From Bugula neritina (taxonomy: Eukaryota > Animalia > Bryozoa): a stretch of 64,000 nucleotides of DNA. Location of the stretch: positions 34,868,080-34,932,079 of the forward strand of contig OZ037765.1 in the NCBI GenBank assembly GCA_964035545.1, in the 5' to 3' direction. Positions 13,901-28,900 of this stretch are shown piece by piece (position 1 is the stretch's first letter; every line of letters starts with the position of its first letter). The notes below the pieces were generated by a model. That model saw only the letters and a program-made list of their open reading frames with translations. It was not told the DNA's origin and made no database searches. A program made the position numbers and the translations under genes.

Positions 13901-16900
13901 TACAATAAAATCCACATTACTATACTCTCATACTGGTTAGAAGTTATGACAAGTTAGTTCAGAGTGATCAGTAATAATTTTTGCAGAAGCTTATTTCCAA
14001 CAAAAATTAGAGCAGCATGGAACATTTATAAGTTCAGCTTTGAATATAACTTAGTTCAGCATTGAGCATATCTAAGATCATCATTGAACAGAAATAAGAT
14101 CATCATTAAACATATATAATATCACTATTGAGCATAAATAAGATCACCATTGAACATATATAATATCACTATTGAACATAAATAAGATCACTATTAAACA
14201 TATATAATATCACTATTGAGCATAAATAAGATCACTGTTGAAAATATTTAAGCTCACCATTGAACATATATAAGATCACCATTGAACATAACTTGGCTCA
14301 TTGTGATAAATACAAAGAATCAACTTCACAACTCTTTATATCAACATTGATCTAACATACTATTCACTGTGAACAGTACCTGACACTAATTTCTATTCAC
14401 TGCTGGTCAATTTAGGAATCCAAAAAACGAGCTGTTTTAGTTGTCAGCTAATGTTCACTCTAACACTAATATTTCTCTCTGTGAAGTTGAGGTATTTCAA
14501 CATGATTTACTGGCCAGTGGCATACTGTGTATAATCAGTTAGTCAAACTGATTATTATTATTTATGAAGTGGTGGATATTTTGTAGAGAAGTACAGTGTG
14601 TGGTTCAACACATCCAGTATAGATGGGGCTGATGATGAGTGGATGTGGAAAAGTACTACACCCTACACTATAGAAGAGATCAAGAAGAAAAGTAGACATC
14701 ATACAGTTACTCATGTTAGACTGGTGTATGACATTCCTCCAAATATCAACACACTGTTTCCTCATCTCACACATCTGAGGGTATCTGGAGTATACAGGAA
14801 TGCTGCCTGGACCAGGTATGATATTGTGTCCAACACATGCAGTATAAGAGAAGAAAATGAGAAGTTCTTGTCAGTGGTGAAGTTTGAACCCTTACAGTAG
14901 TAAATACCCCCTTATCCACTTTACCAGCAGACTATACTTAAATATTAGGTGAATACACACTACACAGAGTACTCCCACCTATTCATACTGTTAGCTAGTA
15001 TTTAGTGACTATTCATACTGCTAGCTAGTATTTAGTGACTATTCATACTGCTAGCTAGTATTTAGTGACTATTCATACTGCTAGCTAGTATTTAGTATTA
15101 TAGTATAGAATGATACTGTAATATATATAATATCCCATCACCGAATCATCTATCTAGTTCTCAATCTATCATATATTAGTATTTAGGTTATCTTTAGAGT
15201 TATCTTTGTTTTCATATCTGTATGTTATGTTACAGCATATCTTCACTGAAGAATCTTGAGGTATTGGATATATCAGATAATAACTTATCTGACGGTCTAC
15301 CTGACAATATATTCACATCCTTACTATCATTGAGAAGGTTGTACATGGTGAGGTGTAAACTGTCAACTCTACCAAACAGGTGTGTATTATATTATAGTGT
15401 AGAATGATACTGTAATTTAAATAATATCTTATCAGTGACTCAGCAACTGTCTGGATACATAGCAAAGGTTTCTACAATTAACACTCAGGTTGAGGATATT
15501 CTGTTGAGACTAGAGCTAAACTGTCAGGTCAGCGTGTAGCATTTAAGCCATTTTCTATGATAATTTTTTAATTTTGTGTATTCCCCCCCAATTGCATTTT
15601 TGTTGGTTAGAAGAGATAGGATTTCTACTTGATAGCTTACCATGTGTACAGTACTAATTCCTGTGTACTCTGAAGCTAGGATATTTCAGATCAGCTATCA
15701 GATTTACAAATTGTTAGATGCTACAGAATTTGGGGTTTAGAGTTCAGACAATAGTTTGTATACAAACACTGCACCCTACGACCCCAAGCTTTGTGCTGCA
15801 TTCATCAAATCCCATCAGCTTTTATCCCATGCAGTTGGTAGTTGTTGAGTGCTGATTGGCTGATTTGTTCTACTTGTATCACGTGCTGCAAGGCCGAATG
15901 TTTTCTCTTTTACTGGAAGTTCATTTATTCAGTTTAATAATTACAATTATAAACATGAAGGATGGTTTGCCTTCTTCCATCTATAAGTACAACATATAAT
16001 TGGTTGTTGAATGCAAACAAGTCTGACCCTCCTACCTGCCAGGGGCATATTGAAGTGAACCTTTCAACCATTGGTTGGTGAGTAATATCTCTGTGCATAA
16101 CACAGATGTTGCAGGATTTAATTAACTTAGCCACATCTCTACACAGGACTGGCCACCAGAAGTGGTGCTGAGCCCTCACTCTACATTCATGTACCCTCTG
16201 ATGGCCCTTGTGGCACATTTCTAAATATCCTGACTGTAAAGACTAGGGAATATACACTCTGGACTTGTATATCAGCATATTATTATAAGCTGGTAAATAA
16301 TGTAGTACTGTAAAAAGCTGTGTTAGCCCACCTCTCAGACTGCTTCCATTTTTGGTCGTGCAAATTCTATTACTTTTATACTGATAGGGTCTGAGTTTGT
16401 AGTTTTTAGTCTCGTTTCTAATATATATTATCATAGAAGTTAGTAGTCTCTATAATAGAACTTACATATGACTCAATGTCACCATTTGATTCCTCTAGGG
16501 CATAATTTCACAGTATCTCGTCCTCAGACATAACACTTATGTACCAATACGAGATACATTACATCATAATTAAATGTTGTCTATCGGCAAAAATTTTGCA
16601 GTAGCCAATCATAGTACTATAACAGGGCAGTCTGAGTGTAGTATCTCGTTTATCCGCATAATTATAATAGCCCGTAGTTGAAGATGGAGTTGGAAGCTTT
16701 TCAAATACCTCCCGCATATAATAGCATTTATGCTAGTCCTTAAAACTAAATAAACATTATGGTAGACCAATAATCATGAAAGCTCTACTCATTTGTAACT
16801 GGAGGATTTGTAGCACCACAATACTAAATTTCTTGCATTGGAGGTGCTTAGGCTGTGTTGTCATAGTGATATGTACTTATTGGGGCTTGGTATAAAATTA

Positions 16901-19900
16901 AACCTGACAATTATAAGGAGTAAGGTATTATTGCTGTGGTTTCAACTGACCAACTTTGGAGTTATTATCTCGATTCTTTGTCAGGAATGGTTAGATAATT
17001 TCATGCAATAATGAGTTTTGGCTTTATATCATTATAAATAATGAGTTTTGGCTTTATATCATTATAAATATCTACATTGATGGCAGCACTGAGCTAGAAT
17101 TCTAATATCTTTTCAAGCTTATTGGGTGGCAGCTTATCGGCTAAATTTTATGCAGATATTGAATAATGTGGTTTGATAGTTATGCTATATTGTTAGGTTC
17201 ACAAGCATCTTTAAAAAGTTATAATTATTACGTTAACCATAGGTCAAAAAATTACCTAAAGAGAGGGCAGACAACTCCAAAAGATTGTTTTCGCAGAAGC
17301 AAGTAAAATTCAGCTAAACTGAATACTCCAACTGATCAACATTTTCATCTATTAAAATTGAAGAAAAGTTAAATATTATTATACTATTCTAATCATGAAT
17401 AGGCACAAGCTAAAAAGATATTTATTTCAAAAAATATAAAAAGTAAAGTAACACAACAATGTTTGCAAACGCAGACCTAAAAATGTGAATATTCTAGCTT
17501 GAAATTAAGTCTGAAATTCAGACTTTTCTAGGTTGAATTGACTTTAATTGACTCACCAAAAAAAACAATTAATAAAATTATAAAAACAAGCATGTAATGA
17601 AAAATGTAGTTCATTAGCAAAACTGGAGGAAAGCACTTTTTTTTCTAGAAATTGTTCGATTACATAATACATTTTTGTGCAAATGATATTTTTTAATAAA
17701 ATGAAACTGTTGTATTGTTTGGCTAGATGAAGTTTCAAAAGTATTTTTAATATTTTCTCAAATAAAGTAGACATGCACTCCATTTTCACATTTTTTGGCA
17801 AAACATATGATTGGGATTCAGTAGTCAAATCAGTTAAGCTTGACACAAGGAGTTGTCACATCCATCCTAAAGAACAAGACCATCTACAATAACAAACATG
17901 GAAAGTACTTAAAATTACATTTAAGTTTACAATAATCCTTAAAATATATGTTGCCTTCTGCAAATGCTAAATAAAACACGATGTAATGCTATGTTTACTT
18001 AGAATAAATCTTGCTGACTTACAATGAAATTCATTCATTTCAATTTGAAAATTCCTGTCAATAACTTGACTCTATGCTAACAACTAATTGTAATACCAAA
18101 ATCACACTGCTACTTTTAGTTTAGGGAATTTATTTTCATTATTAGTTCAATATTCAGCAGAGGTTTTTCTTTAATGAACAAACAATAGGCATACATGCAG
18201 ATGAAAGATTAGGTCTAGTGGATACTAATTTTGTGCCTAACAAAAAAAAATGAAAGACTGCATGATAAACTAACAACTCTAAAAAATTGCAATTTGAATG
18301 AGGCTCAGGCTTTTAGGTGAGCAAGAGTAACCAGAAGAGCTACTTTAATGGAAGAAATTACTAACTGATTGTGTAGTTGCAGGCTGCATGATGTGTTTTG
18401 ATTGTCACAACCACTTTTGAAAAGGGAAAATCCATTAAATTAAGACTACTGGCAAACAACAGAACGATAAGGAAAAAATACCAAGTAGAAATTCACTTCT
18501 CAAAGCAAACTGTAGTTAATACATTATAGATGCTTAGAAGAAGCAGGCAATAGTGAATGCTATATATAGTGTAGATCAGGATTCTATACAATGACAAGTA
18601 AACTGAAATTCCAGTGCACTTTGAAACTACTTGTAAGAATGGGCTTAGTGCTTTATAGTGCCTTGAAATTTTTTCAAGTCTAATTGGCACCATGCTATTA
18701 GAATTCGCAGAGAGATGACCCTTTAAACTTTCACTTTAAACTTTAATACCTTCACGATTTTGAGTAAGAAATTCAATTTATATAGGTCTGAAATTTCACC
18801 GAGTTGCATAGCAAGCCGCTGGTCAAAATGTTTAGTTTGTGATAACTTAATCAGCTGATTTCAGAATAACAATCATTGGGAATGACATCTTCATGTAGAT
18901 ATAGATATTTATGCTTATAATTATATCGGCTGCCTTCATCAATCATCGATACTATGCTGCCAAATCAACTAATTAATTACAGTTGGAAACTTCAAAGGGC
19001 ATTGAATAGCAATTAAGCAAGTTATACTTTTAATATTACAAAAAGAACTTATGCATCAATATGATTTAAAATATAGGTGGGCACTCCGCTAGTGATATTA
19101 ACTTAAACTGAAACTTTTTTCATGCAGGAAAAGCAAAAACGCATCTCAACAGAAACTTAAAAATGTCCAGCACACTTTATGCTTTGGCAACACGCACACA
19201 ATAACTTCGCACACAATAATTTCGTTTATGGTACAAACCTTTTTGTTGATTGTTTTCCAACATTTTCACTAGAGCAAAGCCGAAAGAAATTTGGAAACTG
19301 CATAATGATGCCAGCCACCGTGGCATCATCTTCTCTGGAAAATTATTGACAAATCATCACCCAAAAACTTCAGCAAAGCCTCCATCAATAGTATGTAATA
19401 CTCTAGGTGAAACTAAAAAGAAAGAGACAATATTTTCGTGTAATTTAACCCATCAATAAACGCATCAATAGTTAGTGTGGCCAAGGTTTAAACCTCATTA
19501 ATTTCATGCTATTTAAGGCTTTTACAACTTAAAAGATGTAATTCATCTGTAAGAGAAATGTTAGGTATATGAAATGAGTAGAAGTGCAAAAGCAAGCAGG
19601 TATTAAGGAAGGACGAGTTAGTAGGTGTACTTTGACTTGCGATAAATCAATGTGATACCAGATGTGAATTTTGAGGTGTGTTTACTCCAATCTCACTGAA
19701 AAGGTAGAAATAGCTCAATTTACGAGACACACAATATTTTATGAAATACTGCACATTCATTAAAACTTTATAAAACTCTAGTGTGAAGGGTGACTCACAC
19801 TTTTAAACCGTAGATGAGCTAAGTTGTAAAAGTTTGATAGGAACCTTTTACTCTATAAATTTATACAATATAAAATACTCTCCACATATTCAACAGCTAC

Positions 19901-22900
19901 AAAGTTTTGTTGAAGATAAACTTCCTCAACAAATATACAGAAAAAAGCTATTTGAAAGCCAAATTTCATTAGCATAATATAAGATTATTTGTGTTTCATC
20001 TTTATAAACAGTGATATAATCATTTAACGGATAACTAATGATTTCACTTTGTTTTTCATTCAATAAAAACTAAGTGTAGTTGGTATTAAAAACAGCTTTC
20101 ATTTCTCACTTTTTTTCTCACCCTAATCTGCGTAGGCAAACAATTGGTTTGTTTCAAACACCACAACAGTAAAGCGTGACAGCATAGCCAGTGGAGAAAA
20201 CAATCATCTATACTGCTGGATCAGTGGCAACTTGCGAGTGTGTCAGAGTAGTGTCTTGTTGTGTGATTCTACAAATAAATTATGAATTTGAATATACTAC
20301 AAAGTTGCAAACATTGTTTTAACAAAACACAGCCTTTATTTGATATTATATGTAAAGCTCAAGTTGGTATAATATATATTAAATAAATTTTAGCTTTCCT
20401 TTTGGATACTCTGAAACAAAATAAAAAAATAAACCAGAATTGGGTAAAGCCATGCAAACTAGAGAGAGAAAGAGAGTGGGAGAGGGGTGGGGGTGGGAGA
20501 GAAAGGTTAGGAGAGAGGATGGAAGAGAGATGGGGTAGAAGAGAGAAAGGGAGAGAGTCAGAGAGATAGTGGAAAAGGGGAAGAGAGAAAGGTTAGGAGA
20601 GAGAGAAGGTGGGAGAGATGGAGAGTGGGAGAGAGAGGGAGAAGGTGGGAGAGGGAGAAGGTGGGAGAGAGGGAGGGTGGGAGAGAGGGAGGGTGGGAGA
20701 GAGGGAGAGAGGTTGAGTGGAAGGTGTGGGAGAAAGAGACAGAGAGAGGAGTGAGAGAGCTTCCAAACTAACACCATTGACTTAAAAAATGTTGATAAAA
20801 ACTGCAGCAAGTCTTTAAAAACGATGCTAGCAAGTTCAAAGCTCACTATAACTTTCAAAATCAATAAAATGTCAAGTTCAAAAAACTCATCTGCGAGCAA
20901 AAAATAGTTACAGAGACAACCAGGTATTGGGCAAGAGCCAGCTAATAGGAGTACCTTTTTAGATAAACTGCATGCAGGCACAGTGAGATAGCATCGGTGA
21001 GTTGTGTCTTCATTTTAATTTCCTAAAAATGAACATAAACAAATGCTAGTAATGAAAGTTTTCAGGGTTATTAAGGGTGCAATTTTATCACTAAACATCA
21101 TAGCAATAGCAAAAATTGCTCAGTACAAATTTAAGAAAAATTTCTTTCATCCATTACATAATACCCGAAATCAAATCCATTTATTCAATTCATCAAGCTG
21201 AAAAACCAAGAATATTCAGAAAGACAGTAAAATCACTTTCTAGTAAAAAACAGCTTTAGATCATAATTGTTGGGTTCAGCTCTTAAGCTAAGACACCGAT
21301 GCACTGAAATACGAAAAAGATCAGCATACTTTTGACTGTCACAAAATTTATTTTACGTGCAACAGACATTTTAAGGTCACCCGCCACCCGCGCAGGACCA
21401 CGTTGGTGAAAGGTGACCAGATATTTTAAGGTCAATCAAAATCAAGCAAAGTTCATCGTCATATTGCTTACTGCTTAATGCTGCAGCTTATTTTTGCTTA
21501 CCAAGTTTCTTTCTGCAGAATAATTGTAGCTAGCTTCTCGATTTGCCATCTTTATTCTAGTCCAGGTTCAAATGACATCTTGATCGTTGCAAATATCCAT
21601 GCAAGCTAAAAAATATTTATCAATCAGTAAAACAACAGAAATACTTACAATGATCCAAATATTACTATTACATTACTATAACATTACACAGTAACACTAT
21701 GTTTATAATTGTAATACGGAAGCATGACTTTGTGGTAGTTTGATATGCTATAGCAAAAGGTAGAAAAATCAACTGAAAAACCGACAGAAATAATCAAGTA
21801 CAATTAACTAAAGCAAATAAACTTACTGAATAGTAAATATTTTACTATACTTAGTGAATTGATTTACTTCCACTAGGTTTACTTTCATGATTAAATGCTT
21901 CTGTCTATTTTCCAGTTTATAGGAATATATTAAAAGTGAAACCAATTATAATTACTATTACCTTATCTAGTTTTGACTATATATTTTTCACAAATATAAA
22001 CATAGTTATATGCATATCCCTATTGTGACTGCAGATACCATTGCGGTAACTGAAATCAAACTTCATTCTACTTCAAGTTTCTAACATTGTCCCAGTTCAA
22101 AGACTAACAAGTGAATAATTATTAACTGTAAAAGGTGCAATAAGTTACTTCATTATTAAATAAGATACAACTGATTCTACCGTATATGATACTATGGTAT
22201 CTGTATTAAATTAAAACATAATTATGAAAATCAAAAGTTGTATTTTGAGCACTTATATTATAGTAATTAAATTAACAGCTTAAAATAGGCACATTAAACC
22301 ATGATTGGAATTTTTATCCATTTATCTTTATAATTATATTTATTCTTTATTCTGAAAGTTGACCCAACACTGGTAACAAAACTAAAAGTAATTGATTAAG
22401 TATGATTTATTCTTACACACTTTACCATTATATTTAGTCTTCCTGACTTTCAGTCTGTCATAATGATTACTACTATATGAAAATGACTTTGACTTAGGAG
22501 TCATAATTATAGTCACAGTGTTGATAAGTCAACAGTGTAGGATTAACACAGCACTAGACTAGTACTACCTCCAGCTTTCAAGTTTATGTTAGAGTATCTC
22601 TAAGACTAAAGAGTAACCCTAATAATGTAAGCAAAGAGCAGTGAGTAATAAGCATGCTATTCAACTTCAAGTTTCACTAGTACTATAACCAATACCACAT
22701 GTATTTTAATAAAATTATGTAGCTGGTGAGTGAACTATAAAATTAAATAGGGATCAAACTTTGAGCAATATTAATAGAAATAATATTAGGACAGAGGTTT
22801 CCAATTATTAGTATGTGAAACCAAAGGGGAATGGATAACTACTATTAGTATTATTACATTTACTTTATATTTAATTTTACCAGTTCGTATTATGATTATC

Positions 22901-25900
22901 TTACTTTGAATTGTAAAGTATAATAATTATAATATTCATAGTAGTATATTTATATTAGTAATTAATATGTATATTAGTAAAAACATTTGTTTTAAGTTGC
23001 TTGTTTATTAAATTATTCTAAATCCTAATAACGATAATCTTAATATTAGTGATAATCATTATGCTCATCACTGTCCCCAAGTGCTATCAGTATGACCATC
23101 GCAATGTGAACCTAGACGTGAATGTAAAAAGGCACTGCAAAACAGAACACGGGATGGAGGCAGATATCCATACCATAATACAAATATCGATATTGAATTT
23201 GATAATCATAATTATTATACAAATATAATGATAATAACTACAATGATCAAAAATAAATAATACCAAAGAGTTTTCGAATTACTATTCATAAAATCAAATA
23301 TCATATTTATAAAGATATAATCATATCTATTATTAAATTTAAGTCAATTATACTAATAGCAATAGTAATATAAATAGAAAAAAGAATCATTGACCAGGAG
23401 TAGGTGCAAAATAAAAGTCAATTTTAAGACAAAGAGTAAGAAAAATACTAAATCGATATTTAAAATTACTTATTTTTAATCTTAGTCACTAACAGTCAGT
23501 TTTAGTTTAATTTTTACTACTAAGTCTTTAATTTCAAGTTCATTTTGACAATAAACTTGAAGACTTTAACTAAGAATATGTATAATTCAAAATTCCAAAC
23601 TGGTACAAGTAAAAGTTGCTACTGAAGCTTTGTAATACTATTTTAAATTATTGGTATGATAGCATTATATTTTGATTCATAGCAATATTGATAGTGACAA
23701 TTTCAAACATACCCATACCATTACTGTTACAGTTTAAGTTACTATTGCCATTGTGATTGCCGGTAATGAGTAAATATAACTTAAATTTATATGACTATTA
23801 CTATTACTATTAGTATTACTATCACTTTCAGTACCGGTCTAGTATCAGTATCACCTTAATTCAAAATCAATGTATAATTTATCAAATTACTTTTATATTA
23901 TCATTCATCAATAATATGTCTACCACTATGATATTATCATGATATTGATTTTTAATTTAAACATAATAAAATCATAGGTATAATCATAATGATAATCATA
24001 ATCATAATGCTTAATTTTACTTTTAGTTCAGGTTCAATGATTCAAGAGTAAGTGAAAGTTACTATAACTATTGCCATTGTGATTGCTAGAAATAAGTAAA
24101 TATAATTTAAATTTATATGACTATTATTATTACCAACACTCAGACTTACTCGGACTCACTCTGTCTCTAACTCTAAGTCTGAGTTTCACTCCACCAGAGT
24201 GAGAGTGACACTGAATTACTATAACTATTAGTATTAGTATTAGCAAAATATATCAACCTTATGATTATCTTATTAGTTATTACAATATGTTCGGCATTGA
24301 TATTGAACTAAAAATATTAATATTTATTACTATATTACAATCACAATGACAATCACAATGCCAATATGAATATCAATATGAATAAGATCAAAGACAAATG
24401 ATTCCAAGCAGTTTGAGTTGAAGGTAAGTTATAAGTTGAAGTAGTACGTAAGTGGTAATTGATACTGATACTATCATTGATAGGTCTATACTCCATACCA
24501 ATGAACTCAATAATATTACCTATATATTACCATAAATTATATTACTATTAGTATTACCTATAATTAAAATATATTATTTCTTTTCCAGCTCAGTGCTTTA
24601 TACCCTCTACTTAGTCTAATGCCGCGCGCATGACGAGAATGTGAGGTAAAGGTCACTCACAGCTAAAATCGCCAAGGATCTGTAATCACTAGGAGTAGTA
24701 GTTCTAGTACTAGTAGTCGTACTACCAGTAATCTGGCTTCGCTATGGCACTACGAATTGAATGTTGACAAGACGCATGCATGTTTGCTGTTAGTAAACTA
24801 ATTTTTACTGAATTTTAATCATGCTTAGCTGCAACCTATTTTCTAATGAAATGATATATTCAATAATAATATAATAAATATAATAATAATAATTATCATT
24901 ATAATATTTTATCATTTAATTTTATAACTTTTACTTTTAGTTTTAGTATTTTGGTTTTACATCAAAATTTACATCAAAATTTACATCATTATGATTATCA
25001 TTATGATTACAAAATGAAAATAATTATCAATAATCGTTACCTTTTAATTTATGATTATAATTAATGTTAGAAAAACCACAATTACAATCATAATGATAAT
25101 GGCATAATGCCAATGATAATCACAATCGTAACACTAATAATAATAGTAATAGTCAAACTCAAGGATTGAGCCAATGATTCAGATTGTCTCAATTTAATTA
25201 AATAAATTTCAGCCTTGGGTTTAACTTTACAGTTCACAATTTTATTTTACATTACGACTGAGAGTCACAGTAAGACTAAGAAAAAGAGTAAGTCATACCT
25301 TTCTTGCAGTTATTTTCAAAGTTTGTAGTTGTACTAGTACAGTAGTAGACCTAGTAGTAGTACTAGTAGTAGTAGTAGTAACAGTACTATTAGTAGTAGT
25401 AGTAGTACTAGTACTAGTAGCAGTACAAGTACTAGTTGTAGTACTAGTATCAGTGGTAGTAGTAATAGGACTCAATCTTAGATGTAAGTTTAATGAAATA
25501 CGAATAATAATAGTATAAGTATAACTTTTACATATTTAGTTTTACTATAAGTGTAAATATAATGAGTAATAGTAAAACTCAAAGTATATACATTAACTCA
25601 GTTTAGCATTAATGATAAAATATAATAATTATAATAAAGTAATATGATCACCATTGCGATTATAATTAAAATTCTTAGTAACACTTTTATGATACTTAGT
25701 TTAATTTATTAATATTAAACATTAGTTTGGCTACCACAAATAACTAATAAGTGCTACTATAGCTAACTGTAAAGATAAGTATAAATTTAACTATAACATA
25801 GACTATCAGCAATAATAATATATCATATTGGTATTAAACTATATATGAATAATGCAAATCATAGATCATACCTCATGATAATTATTCCTAATGATCTTAC

Positions 25901-28900
25901 TTTTTATATGCTGATGCTAATAAGTAGTAATTTTAAATTTGATAACTCATGAATGATGAATAAGATAACAAGAATAATACTGGACCTAGTAATACTATTA
26001 GTCCTACTACTAGAATTTTATTACCTTATATGTGTAATACGCTTCTTTTAGTAATACTGCTGGTCAAAGTTAGTGTTAATCATATTTATAGTTAAATGTT
26101 GAAGGAATAAATTAGTTCATAACATAAACATTGCACTATGTGAATATGAAATTTAATATGAATATCCCAATTACACTTGCTGTTGCTCTTTAGAGACTAG
26201 AGTTATAACTTATAACTATGATATAATAATGAATACCATTATTTTAACTAATCATATTACTCAGCTAATGTTAATGATAACTGTAAGTCTAAAAACCATT
26301 ACGGTTATAGGTATCACTGACTAATATTATTAATAATATAATCATTCGTTTTATACTTGTACCTATATTTATATTTATACTTATACCTATTTTTATACTT
26401 ATGATCATATCTATACTTTCACGTATGCTTGTACATTTTACTCATAGTATCAGGGTGGCAATCGAAAAGTCATAATCGATATGCTAATCTAATAATAGAA
26501 CCAACTGCACTAATATAGTTGTATATTATTATTATTGTTGATTGACCATAGTTTTTTAGCTGGTGTAACCTTTTACCATTGGCCTAGTTATACTAGGCTG
26601 AAATGGATAGAACTTTCCTCAGGATGTGAGCTTATCCTGATCCTAGTAAGGGTGTCTGCTGAATTAATGAGCATTTGTTTTCAGCTACTCCAAGTAGTGT
26701 CAGCCAGTCTACAATCTTGTATAAAGCTCCAAAGGCTCCAGTTACAACGGGATGACTTTTTTGATGTTTTCCAAAGGCGGGTTTATTCTAGTGCTAAATT
26801 CTGATATTTTCCTAACTTTTCGAATTTTTTTTCTTTTACTCTGTAGTTAACAGGGACTGTGATATCAATTATCGTTGTTTCAGCATTATGCTTGTCAACT
26901 ACTAATATATCGGGTCTCCTAACTTTGATGACTACGTCAGTGTGTATGTTAAAATCTTACAAGGTTTTTACACTATCATTTTCCACTACTGATTCTGCTT
27001 GATGGCCGTACCAATTCTAACTTTTCTGAAACCCACGAAGTTCACACAACTACTATTGAAATTATCAATGCCAAAAGGTTGTGTTTTTTCTTATATTCTC
27101 CTTCTGCTACCTTCTCAAACTCACTCAATACGTGCATCGAAGTTTTGTCTCTTGCGTTACACATTCCTCACTTCTTGCTACCCTGTTCTCTCATCATAGC
27201 CACTTTATAATTTCTAGTAGTGAATAGTTGATCTTGCGCAGCTGTCAGCAGTCCTTCTGTTTTCCTTTTCCTTCCCTTCTGCTAAAATACAGCCTGCCTA
27301 CATCTGCTCTCGGATAGGGTGCACGGTTTGTTGTCATTAGCTTCCTTGTCTCCCAGTCCATATTTTTTAGCTCATGAAACAGTTCAGTCAAGTATTCTAG
27401 CTGTGTAATGCACTGCTGTTACTGCCCATGTGTTTATTGCTTTGATTGTGTTCTCACCATTCAGTTTTGAATCCAGAACTTTTCTTATTTGTTTGTAGTA
27501 CTCCTTGATCTTATTTTTCATTTCATATATTTGTATTCTATCAATCTCAAGAACTCCTAGATATTTATACGGCTTCTCACCCAGATCTTTGATTACCTGT
27601 TCATCAGGCAAACTGATTCCTGTATCCTTGATTTTCTTTCCCTTTCTCATAACCAGTGTGGCACATTTTTTAATCCAAATTTCATTTCTATATTCCTTGT
27701 GAAGATCCCGGCAGTGTTTACCAAAGCTTCCAGTTCTGACTTTGATTTCCTATTTACCTTCAGGTCATCCACATATAGGAGATGGTTTGTTATCTGTCTC
27801 GTCGAAATTTGCATCATTGAGCCGCTTCTGTCATGCGAATCGGTAGTTGGAGAAAAGGGATAGAGATAAAGAGTCTCCTTGGAAAATTCTTAGTTTGATC
27901 TTTATTTCTCCTATCTTTTCTTCCAGGTATTTCAGTTGTGTTTTCCAGGTTTCATGCTTTTTCTTATCAACCTTATGACATTAATTGCTATTCCAGTTGT
28001 TTGCATCGTTTCTAAGATCTAATTTCCTTGTCTTTACATATGCTCCAATTTGTTGCTAACTTTATTTAGTCATTCTGCATTGGTATTATTTTTAGTTGGC
28101 TGACCCCATATATTTTATCAGAATGCTTTTGATTTCCTTGTCAGGTGCCTCTTTAGATGTACATTCATTTTCTCGTAATTCTTGATAAAAGCGCTTATCA
28201 TTGTAAACATTGTGTTCTGATTATATTGATCAACTCATTCTGTATATATGTTTATCTTCTGGCTTACAGCTCTCAGGTTTTGCTTCAGTTTTTCAATCAC
28301 TACACCACACTCTTTGTTCTTTATCCTATATTTTTCTTCAACCATTCTTCTCAATGAATCATTGTAAGCTCTACTTTTTCACTCTGCTATTTTACTTAAG
28401 TCTGATCTAATTTCTTTTTATTTCTTCTGCAGTCGTATTTTCCATACTTGTACATTGTCAGTTTTTCTTTTTCCTTTTTGTTACACACTTGTTCTGTTAC
28501 TATTTTTCGCACAAGCCATGGTGGTGTTATTAAGCTCAATGGTATTAATAATCTCAACACAGTTTAGCACATCATTAATCTGTTTTACTGCCTGTAGTAA
28601 TTTGACCCTCTCAATGTGCCTAAGGGCTCTTAGTGTTGGTCGATCATTAGATAGTTTGTTATGCTCATTTATAATTTTTCTACTAACACTTTTTCCACCT
28701 CTGAACTAGGTTTTCTTAAAATTCTCATGGCTGATTTATATGCTATCTCATGTTGTACTATAACATCCTCTATTTGCAAATTTAGCTCTTCATTATCTTC
28801 TTCACCAATTGATGTGCCTAGTTCTTGCAAGGTTCCTTCTTCAATCTTATGGAGTTCTTCTTCCATAAAATGCTTGTGTTTCTTCATAGTTCTTGCTTAA

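Noticed and set aside
20379-20981. 200-aa Leu/Ser/Pro ORF and opposite-strand Glu/Arg/Gly ORF
   Set aside because: Artefacts of the GA-rich tract.
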